From contig JACONH010000004.1 in NCBI GenBank assembly GCA_014323835.1, forward strand, positions 12,500-76,499: a stretch of DNA of 64,000 nucleotides. Direction: 5' to 3'. This DNA comes from Alphaproteobacteria bacterium GM202ARS2 (GTDB taxonomy: Bacteria; Pseudomonadota; Alphaproteobacteria; GM7ARS4). The notes beneath the pieces are model-generated. The model was not told the origin of the DNA, did no database searches, and saw nothing but the letters and a program-made list of their open reading frames with translations. The translations under genes and the position numbers were made by a program. Numbering within the stretch: position 1 is the first letter of the stretch; each line of letters starts with the position of its first letter. Of the stretch, positions 28,386 to 37,481 are shown piece by piece.

Positions 28386-29462
28386 TTAGGCCTCGAGGTT
28401 CCATGCGTTGACGTTGTGGTAATGGACGGCTTTTTTGTCGCTGGCGATGTGTCCGATATGGAACAGGGGGGTTGTGTGGGTGTTGCTCCAGTGTTGTAGG
28501 GCATCGGCGTGGTCGGGGGATACGGCTATGACCATGCCTATGCCGCAGTTGAAGGTGGCACGTAGGTCTTTGACGCTGAGATGGCCTTGTTGGGCGAGCC
28601 ATTGATACAGGGGTGGCAGAGTCCATTGGCTCAGGTCGATGTGGGCACTGATGTCGGGGGGTAGGATACGTTGGATGTTCTCGGAGATACCGCCGCCGGT
28701 GATATGGGCGAAGCCTTTGCTCCATTGTTTGAGGGCAAGACATTCTTTGACATAGAGGCGAGTTGGGGTGAGGAGCGCGTCGCGCAGAGAGCCTGACTCG
28801 GCAAAAGGTGCGGGGGCATCAAGGTCGATGTTGTGTTTGTCGATGATGTGGCGCACGAGAGAAAAGCCGTTGGCATGAAGGCCGGATGAGGGGAGGGCGA
28901 ACAGCAGGTCGCCTTCTTTGAGGGGGGTGTTTTTGAGGGTTTTTCGTTCCAGTGCGCCGACGGCGAATCCCGCCAAGTCGAAATGGCCGGTGCGGTATAA
29001 GCCCGGCATTTCGGCGGTCTCGCCGCCGAGGAGCGCACAGCCAGATGATAGGCAGGCGTCTTTGATGCCTTCGATGATGTTGACGGCTTTGTCGGGTTCT
29101 AGGGTGCTACAGGCGTAGTAATCGAGAAAGAAAAGCGGTTGCGCGCCCATGGCAGCAAGGTCATTGACGCACATGGCGACCAAATCGATGCCAAGGGCGT
29201 GGCGTTGCGCGGGGGTGCGGGCGAGCATGACTTTGCTTCCGACTCCGTCACTGGCTGCTACGAGCACTGGGTCAGTAAAACCAGCGGCGGCTAAATCGAA
29301 CAAGCCACCGAAGCCACCGAGTCCATCTTGGATACCAGATGACGAGCGAGTCGTTTTCGCAAGGGGCGTGATACGCTCGACAAACTTTTGTCCCTTTAAC
29401 GTATCGACACCGCTGTCGCGATAGCTCGTGCTGATGTCGGTTTTCTCGAGGGGAAGTGCCAT
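28386..29462 (-). CDS. purM: AIR synthetase
   Basis: DGVGSK, AMCVND, GGETAEMPG, HANGFS, HITGGG and TFNCGIG motifs. Confidence 0.96.
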   Translation of the reverse strand: MALPLEKTDISTSYRDSGVDTLKGQKFVERITPLAKTTRSSSGIQDGLGGFGGLFDLAAAGFTDPVLVAASDGVGSKVMLARTPAQRHALGIDLVAMCVNDLAAMGAQPLFFLDYYACSTLEPDKAVNIIEGIKDACLSSGCALLGGETAEMPGLYRTGHFDLAGFAVGALERKTLKNTPLKEGDLLFALPSSGLHANGFSLVRHIIDKHNIDLDAPAPFAESGSLRDALLTPTRLYVKECLALKQWSKGFAHITGGGISENIQRILPPDISAHIDLSQWTLPPLYQWLAQQGHLSVKDLRATFNCGIGMVIAVSPDHADALQHWSNTHTTPLFHIGHIASDKKAVHYHNVNAWNLEA

Positions 29463-29590
29463 AGCTGGATATAGGTAACCGAGTTATATCTCGAGACGAC
29501 TCTATGCACACGCGGCTTTAAATGCAAGCTGGATATAGGTAACCGAGTTATATCTCGAGACGACTCTATGCACACGCGGCTTTAAATGTA
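29463..29590. repeat. Tandem duplication with 64-bp period directly upstream of purM
   Basis: agctggatataggtaaccgagttatatctcgagacgactctatgcacacgcggctttaaatg at 29463-29524 and 29527-29588; partial echo cgcggctttaaat near 29640. Confidence 0.95.
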
Positions 29591-29755
29591 ATATAGCATT
29601 TCCAGCATGGAATTTCTACGTGTCAATGGCTTTAAAATGCGCGGCTTTAAATTTATTAGGTCTACATCATATGCACCTGCCCGATTGTTTTGTTATCTCT
29701 CTTGACGGGATAGGTTGGTTCTTGCGATAAAGGGGGCGACTCGAGGTTTACGCCC

Positions 29756-30700
29756 ATGCTCCAACGCTCGCCAAGAAACAAGACCCTGTGCTGCACCGAA
29801 GCAGACACACGCACCTACGCCCAACACATCCAATATCTTAACGAGGCTGTTGCCCCTAAGGCTATAGAAGGGCGAGTCATGTGCGGTGACCTGATGAAAG
29901 TGGCGGGTTATTTGCCAACAGGTTTTATTGACTTATTGATTTTGGATCCGCCGTATAACCTTGACAAAAATTTTTCGGGCAATGTCTTCAAGAAACAAAG
30001 TGATGGAGACTATCGTCTCTGGTTTGATAGGGTGCTTTCTCTGTTGCATCCGATGCTGAAGCCACAAGCGACAATCTACGTCTGTTCAGATTGGCGCACA
30101 TCGGCTCTCATCTTTCCTGTTCTGGACAAGAGGTGGCATGTCAGGAATAGAATCACGTGGGCGCGGGATAAAGGACGCGGTGCAAAAAGTAACTGGAAAA
30201 ACAATGCCGAAGATATCTGGTTTTGTACGCGCTCTCGTGAATACTATTTCAATGTTGATGCGGTCAAAGTCAAACGCAAGGTTATTGCCCCCTACCGAGA
30301 ACAAGGGGTGCCGAAAGATTGGCAGGAAGAAAAAAATGGTTGTTACCGTTTAACGCATCCGTCGAATATGTGGACGGACATGACAGTGCCTTTCTGGTCG
30401 ATGCCTGAAAACACGGAACATCCGACTCAAAAACCTGAAAAGCTTATGGCAAAATTGATTCTTGCGAGTTCGAAAAAGGGCGACTTTGTCTTTGACCCGT
30501 TTTTGGGCAGTGGCACAACTGCCGTTGTTGCTGAAAAGCTCGGCAGACGTTGGGCAGCTATGGATATCAACGCAACGTATCTCTGTTGGGCTCTCAAACG
30601 CTTGGCGATGGCTAAAGAGAATAAAGTGATACAGGGATATCAAGACGGCATCTTTTGGGAAAGAAATACGTCCCTGCACCAACAATGTTCGAGTCATTGA
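29756..30700 (+). CDS. Orphan site-specific DNA methyltransferase (N6/N4, beta class)
   Basis: LDPPYN (motif IV) precedes HPTQKP and DPFLGSGTT (motif I). Confidence 0.92.
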   Translation: MLQRSPRNKTLCCTEADTRTYAQHIQYLNEAVAPKAIEGRVMCGDLMKVAGYLPTGFIDLLILDPPYNLDKNFSGNVFKKQSDGDYRLWFDRVLSLLHPMLKPQATIYVCSDWRTSALIFPVLDKRWHVRNRITWARDKGRGAKSNWKNNAEDIWFCTRSREYYFNVDAVKVKRKVIAPYREQGVPKDWQEEKNGCYRLTHPSNMWTDMTVPFWSMPENTEHPTQKPEKLMAKLILASSKKGDFVFDPFLGSGTTAVVAEKLGRRWAAMDINATYLCWALKRLAMAKENKVIQGYQDGIFWERNTSLHQQCSSH

Positions 30701-30779
30701 GGGCTACGCAAGAAAAAATTGATACGTCTTAAATCTCGGGCTTGGTAGAATCGTGACGCGTTCTGTGCTAGAGAAAGCC

Positions 30780-31928
30780 ATGACCCCCGTCCCTGCTCCT
30801 GCCTTCCTTTTTTTGACTATGGTTCGTTTTTTCACTGCCCTGTTTCTGTTTCTGTTTGTTTTTGTGTGTGGCGTGTTTTCTGTGCGCGCCCAGACATCAG
30901 AGACCAGCTACGTTGTGCCTGATGTGATTGTTAATCTGGCGGCGGGTAGTGTTGAGTCGGCGAGGCGGGAAGCCTTGCTGAAAACCCGTGCTGATGCCTT
31001 TTATCGCTTGCTTCATGCCTTGACTCTGAAAGAAGATCACTCGCGCCTGCCGCAACTGGCATCGTCCGACGTCCGCCTGTTCGCCGAGGGAGTCGATGTA
31101 GACGAAGAGGGATTCACCCAAGACAGCTATTACGCCAAAATGAGCTGGCGTTACGATAAAAAACTCATCCGTGAGCTGTTGGAGCATCTCAACATTCCTT
31201 TTGTCGGCGGATTCGTTGGCAGAGTCGTTATTCTGCCCATTTACACGCAAGCGGGCATCTCGATTCTGTGGGACGACAGCAACCCGTGGCTCGGTGCGTG
31301 GCGGCAGTTGCCGGTGCTCTCGCCCTTTTATAGCCCGTATATCCCTGAGACAGGGCCCTCTCTGCCGTCTTCCCGTGACGGGCGTTATTTTGATTCCCTT
31401 GCTCGCCTTGCCGCCGACCAGAAGGCTCAGCGTCTCGTCATTGCTATTGCTCAACCGACATTCGATAAGAAGGGGCAGATGAATTTGCTCAACATAGAAG
31501 GGGGCGAATACCAGTTTCCGTCTCGTTTGCCACCAGATTACTTTTCGCTGTTTATTTCTCGGCAACCCAAAGAAAGTGAAGAGCAGATGCTCACCCGCGC
31601 TGCCGAAAAAACACGAGACTACCTCGAACAACGGTGGAAAGAACGCAACCTCGTGCGTTTTGACGAAGAAAAAATTGTCGGCGATATCGTCATCAAAGTC
31701 CTCTATGGTGGCTTCGCCGACTGGGTCGCCATCAAAAAGAGCCTGCAGCAGAACGCCGCCATCGGCAACATGAAAGTCGCAACCTTGTCTCGAGATCATG
31801 CTATTGTGGAAGCATCCGTTGCCACCAGCATCGATAATCTGCAAAGGCAATTCGCTCAACAAGGCTTGACACTGACCTATGATGACGACCAAAAAACGTG
31901 GCTCCTGCGGGGCAACACCTCGCCCTAA
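30780..31928 (+). CDS. DUF2066-like exported protein (start uncertain, 30753-30819)
   Basis: Signal/TM segment, then ARREAL...AFYRLL, LWDDSNPWLGAW and LEQRWK; usually near purM in alphaproteobacteria. Confidence 0.7.
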   Translation: MTPVPAPAFLFLTMVRFFTALFLFLFVFVCGVFSVRAQTSETSYVVPDVIVNLAAGSVESARREALLKTRADAFYRLLHALTLKEDHSRLPQLASSDVRLFAEGVDVDEEGFTQDSYYAKMSWRYDKKLIRELLEHLNIPFVGGFVGRVVILPIYTQAGISILWDDSNPWLGAWRQLPVLSPFYSPYIPETGPSLPSSRDGRYFDSLARLAADQKAQRLVIAIAQPTFDKKGQMNLLNIEGGEYQFPSRLPPDYFSLFISRQPKESEEQMLTRAAEKTRDYLEQRWKERNLVRFDEEKIVGDIVIKVLYGGFADWVAIKKSLQQNAAIGNMKVATLSRDHAIVEASVATSIDNLQRQFAQQGLTLTYDDDQKTWLLRGNTSP

Positions 31929-31952
31929 CAGCCTGCTCCTTAAGAGACTCGC

Positions 31953-32525
31953 ATGCCTTTGACGTTCTCCGATTCTTTTTGGATTTCTTGTGCCAACGGG
32001 ATTTCATTTGCACGCATCCTCGTTGCCCCACTTATCCTGTGGCTCTTGCTCGAGCAAGACTACATGAGCGCGCTCATCCTCTTCACGACTTCTGCCCTCA
32101 GCGATGCCATCGATGGTTTTCTTGCCCGCCGTGCCAAAACAAAAAACATACTCGGAGTCTACCTCGACCCTCTCGCTGATAAAATTCTGCTGGTCAGCAT
32201 CTACATCTTCTGTGGCATCATGGAGTGGTTGCACTTGGGTTTGGTTATCCTCGTGGTCTTCCGAGACACGTTGATTGTCTTGTCCCTCGCCCTCGCTCAG
32301 CTGCTGGATGTGCGTCACGGCGTTATATCACCGACCCTCAGCAGCAAAATCAACACCACCGCGCAAATGTTGCTCGTCCTCATCGTCCTTATCGGACAAG
32401 CAGCCCCCTTCATGAAAGTCAGTCCCCTGTATGGCTTTCCGTTTATTTTTCTACCGTGGATTGTCGCAGCAACAACACTGATTTCAGGTATCCAATACCT
32501 GTGGCTGTGGTGGATTAAGAACTAA
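31953..32525 (+). CDS. CDP-alcohol phosphatidyltransferase (PgsA/cardiolipin synthase-like)
   Basis: SDAIDGFLAR...GVYLDPLADK signature. Confidence 0.92.
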   Translation: MPLTFSDSFWISCANGISFARILVAPLILWLLLEQDYMSALILFTTSALSDAIDGFLARRAKTKNILGVYLDPLADKILLVSIYIFCGIMEWLHLGLVILVVFRDTLIVLSLALAQLLDVRHGVISPTLSSKINTTAQMLLVLIVLIGQAAPFMKVSPLYGFPFIFLPWIVAATTLISGIQYLWLWWIKN

Positions 32526-32610
32526 GGACAGGGATTTGCCTAAGGACAGGGATTTGCCTAAGGACAGGGATTTGCCTAAGGACAAGGATTTGCCTAAGGA
32601 CAGGGATTTG
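32522..32610. repeat. 18-bp tandem repeat, about 5 copies (ctaaggacagggatttgc)
   Basis: Copies start at 32522, 32540, 32558, 32576 (1 mismatch) and 32594 (17 bp). Confidence 0.97.
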
Positions 32611-33652
32611 ACTGTGCTTTGTGGAGGGCATCAATCTCGGCAAGAGCCTCTTGCGGCAGCGTCACAAAAGCACTCGATATGTTCGCGTCGAGTTGCTCGA
32701 TGCTGGTTGCTCCAATCAAGTTGCTGGTGAGCCACGGACGAGAGTTGACGAAAGCCAACGCCATGGCGGTGGGCTCTAGCCCGTACTTTTTGGCAATGGC
32801 TACGTACTTTTTTGTTTCCTCGACGGCTAAAGGCTGCGTATAGCGTCCGAACATGGCGCCGAACAGCGTCAGGCGTCCGCCTGGCGGCGGCTTTTTGTCG
32901 AGATACTTGCCGGTTAAGACACCAAAGCCTAGGGGCGAATACGCCAAAAGACCACAGCGCTCTCGCATGGCGACTTCAGCCAGCCCAACATCAAAGCTGC
33001 GGTTCAGTAAGTTATAGGGGTTTTGCACCGAGACCACCCGCGGCAAGCCTCGTGACTCGGCTAAATGCAGACAGTGCATGACGCCCCAAGGTGTCTCGTT
33101 GGACAAACCAATATGGCGCACCTTGCCTGCTTTGACTAAAGAGCCCAACGCCTCCAACTGTGCCGCAAGAGTTGTCACATCCTCAGGGTCAGGGGCCCCC
33201 GTATAATCCAACTGGCTGAAAAAATTGGTCGTTCTATCGGGCCAGTGCAACTGATACACGTCAATATAGTCCGTAGACAACCGCTGCAAGCTGCCATCAC
33301 AGGCTTCAACAATCTGTGCGGGCGTTAAACGCGAGCCGCCACGTATCCAATCCATACCGCTACGCCCGGTTACTTTGGTGGCAAGAATGACCCGAGACCT
33401 ATTCTTACGGGCAGAAAACCACGCACCAATAATACGCTCCGTTGCACCAGACGTGGATGCCTTAGGGGGAACCGGATATAACTCGGCAGCATCAAAGAAA
33501 TTGACTCCACGAGACAGGGCATAGTCCATCTGCTCGTGGGCTTCTTCTTGCGTATTTTGCTCGCCCCACGTCATCGTGCCAAGGCCAATCAAACTGACCT
33601 TCAGACCGGTGTCGCCCAACTCGCGATAGAGCATATCTTGTTTTTGTGTCAT
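32594..33652 (-). CDS. tas: NADP(H)-dependent aldo/keto reductase (Tas-like)
   Basis: GLGTMTWGEQN, DAAELYPVP, QLHWP, GLSNETPWG and LAYSPL motifs; ends NPCP. Confidence 0.9.
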   Translation of the reverse strand: MTQKQDMLYRELGDTGLKVSLIGLGTMTWGEQNTQEEAHEQMDYALSRGVNFFDAAELYPVPPKASTSGATERIIGAWFSARKNRSRVILATKVTGRSGMDWIRGGSRLTPAQIVEACDGSLQRLSTDYIDVYQLHWPDRTTNFFSQLDYTGAPDPEDVTTLAAQLEALGSLVKAGKVRHIGLSNETPWGVMHCLHLAESRGLPRVVSVQNPYNLLNRSFDVGLAEVAMRERCGLLAYSPLGFGVLTGKYLDKKPPPGGRLTLFGAMFGRYTQPLAVEETKKYVAIAKKYGLEPTAMALAFVNSRPWLTSNLIGATSIEQLDANISSAFVTLPQEALAEIDALHKAQSNPCP

Positions 33653-33773
33653 GACAAAATCTCCTCTTGATTTTCACGTTTTCTCCATTTATGTAACCCA
33701 TAAATGCAGGGTAACGTCAACTTAAGACATCACGGGGAAGGTTAAACATAAACCAACACAGGAGGTTGCGGTT

Positions 33774-34523
33774 ATGGCATCTTTTGATTATCGTCCGTCG
33801 GCAGTCAGCAAACCCCACGTTACTGTTGATCAGGGTCTGCGTCAGCACATGCTACGCATATACAACTACATGGCATCAGGGGTGCTCTTGAGCGGGATTG
33901 TTGCTTGGTTTTCGTTCCAGCAAGCCGTCGTTATGGATCCTACTGGTGCTATCCTTGGTCTGACGGCTTGGGGACAGACGCTCTTTGCTAGCCCGCTGGC
34001 TTTTGTCGTCATGCTCGCACCTCTGGGCTTTATTCTTGCCTTGAGTTTCGGCGTCAATCGTATGCAGGCAAGCACGCTCCAGACCTTGTTCTGGGTGTTC
34101 GCTGGTGTCATGGGCTTGTCGCTGTCGTCCATCTTTATGGTCTATGCTGGCGGCTCCATCGCACGAGTCTTCTTCATTACCGCAGGTGCCTTCGCCGCCC
34201 TCAGCCTATACGGCTACACAACCCGTAAGAACCTCAGCGGTTTCGGCACATTCCTCTTCATGGGGCTCATCGGCTTGGTCCTTGCCAGCGTCGTCAATAT
34301 TTTCTTGCAGTCCAGTATGCTCAGCTTCGTCGTTTCCGTCGTGGGTGTGTTGGTCTTCGCCGGCTTGACAGCCTATGATACCCAGAGAATCAAGGAAATG
34401 TATGATGTCAGCGACTCGCCAGAAATCGCCTCGAAAAAGTCCATCATGGGCGCGCTCAGCCTCTATCTCGACTTCATCAACTTGTTCTTGATGCTGTTAC
34501 GGCTGTTCGCAGAAAGACGCTAA
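33774..34523 (+). CDS. Bax inhibitor-1/YccA family membrane protein
   Basis: DQGLRQHML..YNYM, AYDTQRIK and ALSLYLDFINLF motifs. Confidence 0.95.
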   Translation: MASFDYRPSAVSKPHVTVDQGLRQHMLRIYNYMASGVLLSGIVAWFSFQQAVVMDPTGAILGLTAWGQTLFASPLAFVVMLAPLGFILALSFGVNRMQASTLQTLFWVFAGVMGLSLSSIFMVYAGGSIARVFFITAGAFAALSLYGYTTRKNLSGFGTFLFMGLIGLVLASVVNIFLQSSMLSFVVSVVGVLVFAGLTAYDTQRIKEMYDVSDSPEIASKKSIMGALSLYLDFINLFLMLLRLFAERR

Positions 34524-34529
34524 ACCTAT

Positions 34530-34554
34530 CCCCCCCACGCACGGCGTGGGGGGG
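34530..34554. terminator. GC-rich hairpin between convergent genes (possible bidirectional terminator)
   Basis: cccccccacgc-acg-gcgtggggggg, 11-bp stem; no clear U-tract. Confidence 0.55.
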
Positions 34555-34560
34555 TGCAAG

Positions 34561-37086
34561 CTATCGAGCAACGATAAAGCCGAATTTCTCGTAAGGGATT
34601 GTATCGATACGTGCCGCTTGCACATGCCACGTGTGAAAGCGAACGACTGTATGGTCATAGCCCAAAGCTTCTATAGCCGGTAGAAGTCTGTAGTCAAAAC
34701 TGATATCAGAGATAAAACCCGTGCCTAAGGCTGTGTCGATTTTTTCTCGCAGAGAAAGACACGATGCCGATGTTTCCACAGGTGCTTGCACAGCGCGGTC
34801 TTGCAACGACTCTCGACAGGCAAGACCCAGCTGGGTAGGCACATAATAGGATACATACGTGACCAACCCCGTTATCTGTTGCGCGCACGCGCGGATAGCA
34901 GGGTCATCGAAATTGGTTGGCGGCGGGAATTCTACGAGGACAGAACGAGGCTTGTGTTCGTCTTGCACCCGCGCTGCGAGAAATGCCCGCAAATGCTCAC
35001 ACGCCGCGGGCTGTTTTATGTTTTTGGCATCCAGCCAAAGAGCGCCATCATGATGGGCGACCGACTGCCAGATAGCTTCTAGCTCCAAGCCAATATGGTC
35101 TTGGGGAGGATGATAGACATGAATCGCGCCATCATCCTGCACAACAATATCAATTTCGATACAGTTGGAAGCAAGTAAACCCTTAAGAGCCCGTCCTAAA
35201 TGATTGGCGGCGTGCGTGCAGATTTCTCCATTATCATGTTTGTTCTTCAGCGTTATGTGCTTGGCACCATAAAGGTCGGTGGCAGAATCGTTGACTCGTC
35301 TCGTCGAGGGATACTTGTCGGAAAACGCCTTACTTCCTAGAAAGATAGCCGTTGGCCCAGAGGCTGTGTTTCGAACAGTAATTGCCGGGGGCAACGTGAT
35401 AGGAGCAAGGTTCGGGCCCATAGAAAAATTGTCCGATTCGATGGTCATATCAAAAAGAAACGTAAGAATACTAGCAACAGAATCGAGCGTTATCGGTTGT
35501 TTAGCATAAGCAATGTCTCGCAGATGCTTGTATTTGTCTGCAAATTGCTGGCGAGCTGCCGTATTAAAATAGATGAAAAAGGGCACAGTCGCCATCTCAA
35601 AAACAAAACGAGCAGAATCGTGCCCGTGTCCCTCGAAAATGGACTCGCCATGGTCCGAGAAATAAATAAAAATAACAGGCTCTTCTTTAGAAGAAGCATA
35701 GTTTGAAATGATTGTCGTCACACTGTTATCGATATATTTGATGGCGTTATCATACTGGCTATGTCTTTTTTGCAAGCCCTCTTCGGTCGCAGAGCCATAA
35801 AGGGCGGCTCCCGACATGCTACTGATGAGATCCTGCTTACCCATGAGGTCCTGCCACGGCTCTTCCTGTCCTCGCTCTCTTTCACTGCCGTGTCCGGCAT
35901 AAGATTGCAGAAAGAGGGCTGTGGTGTCTTTTGTATCCAGCTTGTCTATTTCTTGCACAAAGAACGTCAGATCATCGGGTCGTTCGATCTTAAGAGCCAA
36001 ATTACTGAGAATTGTCGTCTTTTTATCAACAGCCCATTTCTTTTGTGAGGCAGCAACACCAATCACTGAAGAGGCTAAATTCCATGTCCCGGACCTTTCT
36101 TGACTCGATATCCAGATGGTCTCAACGTCTCCCCGGTTAAGAGCATCGATGATGGATAGTCTTTTTCTGGAACGGTGAAACGTTTGGACTTTCCTAGGGT
36201 GGGACGTAGGAGCAAGATCTATCGTCAAAGCTTCCACGAGAGATGGAGTCGTGTGCGTGTGTAACGACAAGGTATGGTGGAAGAGAATAAATCCTTCTTG
36301 GCTTGCCAGCTTAGCCAGCTGGGGAGTCGTCTCCCGCGGATAGCCATAAAGAGACATGTGCAGGGCAGACGTCGATTCACCAATATAGACAATAACACGG
36401 CGGGGGCGATAATCCTCGCGGGAAATGGTAACATCATCGACCTGTAAATTCTCAGTGACGATGGTTCTAATTTTTATATTATCGATAAATAAAGAGTGTA
36501 TTGAATAAACGGTATAGGAAATCCATAGAAGTGCGAGAGAAAAAACAACGTGCCTCACAGCATAAACGTAAACCTGCCGATAGCGGGTAAAAAGATAGAA
36601 AGCCAATCCACCAACGATGAACCAAGTAAGAAATACTTGTATGGGTTTTATCGTAATGACTTTATCGACAGAGATTAAACTGCTGAGAGTCCCAATAAAA
36701 AAGACAGCCTCTTCCCATTTAAATAAGGCTATTTCGGATAGACTGTCGGTACCGATACGCTGAATCCAGTATAAAATATTTCTAAGATAAATGAATGCTA
36801 TGAGACTTAAGGCTATAAGAATAAGAGACATAAGCGTCGGTCTGTTCCGAGCATTGAAGTACGTAAGGGCAAGCATAAAAATGGGTAGAGAAAACAACAT
36901 GATCGGTGCGATGTTCCGTGACTCGTCCGGCAAAACAGGCAAAACAGGCAAAGCAACAAAAATGACAGCTGTCGAGACAGCGACAAGCGCCACGCGTAGC
37001 CACCGCTTGTTTTTTATGTGCGTAGCACTGACGTTGAAGCAAGCAAGGACGCTGTCCCGCACGTTATGCCAGTCGTTTTTGGTCAT
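34561..37086 (-). CDS. Phosphoethanolamine-transferase/sulfatase-family membrane protein with C-terminal PLC/GDPD-like domain
   Basis: N-terminal TMs; IVYIGES, MSLYGYPRETTP, THTTPSL and FSDHGE motifs; C-terminal HAAN...IEIDI...VYHP...LWLDAK. Confidence 0.82.
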   Translation of the reverse strand: MTKNDWHNVRDSVLACFNVSATHIKNKRWLRVALVAVSTAVIFVALPVLPVLPDESRNIAPIMLFSLPIFMLALTYFNARNRPTLMSLILIALSLIAFIYLRNILYWIQRIGTDSLSEIALFKWEEAVFFIGTLSSLISVDKVITIKPIQVFLTWFIVGGLAFYLFTRYRQVYVYAVRHVVFSLALLWISYTVYSIHSLFIDNIKIRTIVTENLQVDDVTISREDYRPRRVIVYIGESTSALHMSLYGYPRETTPQLAKLASQEGFILFHHTLSLHTHTTPSLVEALTIDLAPTSHPRKVQTFHRSRKRLSIIDALNRGDVETIWISSQERSGTWNLASSVIGVAASQKKWAVDKKTTILSNLALKIERPDDLTFFVQEIDKLDTKDTTALFLQSYAGHGSERERGQEEPWQDLMGKQDLISSMSGAALYGSATEEGLQKRHSQYDNAIKYIDNSVTTIISNYASSKEEPVIFIYFSDHGESIFEGHGHDSARFVFEMATVPFFIYFNTAARQQFADKYKHLRDIAYAKQPITLDSVASILTFLFDMTIESDNFSMGPNLAPITLPPAITVRNTASGPTAIFLGSKAFSDKYPSTRRVNDSATDLYGAKHITLKNKHDNGEICTHAANHLGRALKGLLASNCIEIDIVVQDDGAIHVYHPPQDHIGLELEAIWQSVAHHDGALWLDAKNIKQPAACEHLRAFLAARVQDEHKPRSVLVEFPPPTNFDDPAIRACAQQITGLVTYVSYYVPTQLGLACRESLQDRAVQAPVETSASCLSLREKIDTALGTGFISDISFDYRLLPAIEALGYDHTVVRFHTWHVQAARIDTIPYEKFGFIVAR

Positions 37087-37090
37087 TGTC

Positions 37091-37471
37091 TTAGAATGGC
37101 AGGGGGGATGGCAAGGTGAGACTGTAGATAAAGCCCGCCAAAGCCATACCATAGATGATACTGAGTATCAACGAAGGCACCGCGGCGATGTCTTTGATGT
37201 CTTTAATAGCGTTACTTTTTTTTGGTTCCACCTTATCGCACAGGCGTTCGATGGCGGTGTTCAAACACTCGACAACGAGCATGAGCAAGGCGATGACCAG
37301 CATAGCAACGGGTAACGCCGCCGCATGGCTGATAACGACAAGAACAAGGCTGAAAACAATGAGAGCCAGCTCTTTTTGGGCTGCCCGCTCCCGAGAGAGA
37401 AGCACAAACAAGCCTCTTAAACTTGCTTGTGTCGCTTGTAACAGCGACTGATTTTTATATTTGGGTGTCAC
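37091..37471 (-). CDS. dgkA: Diacylglycerol kinase
   Basis: VECLNTAIERLCD...KDIAA motif; 3 TM helices. Confidence 0.88.
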   Translation of the reverse strand: MTPKYKNQSLLQATQASLRGLFVLLSRERAAQKELALIVFSLVLVVISHAAALPVAMLVIALLMLVVECLNTAIERLCDKVEPKKSNAIKDIKDIAAVPSLILSIIYGMALAGFIYSLTLPSPLPF

Positions 37472-37481
37472 GTATTTCGAC

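Noticed and set aside
30897-31892. 331-aa antisense ORF
   Set aside because: Shadow of the DUF2066-like gene with no motifs
32522-32610. Possible CRISPR array
   Set aside because: The 18-bp units are head-to-tail with no spacers, and no cas genes are present
32536-32730. ORF MPKDRDLPKDRDL...
   Set aside because: Translation of the VNTR running antisense into tas; TTG start lies inside the repeat
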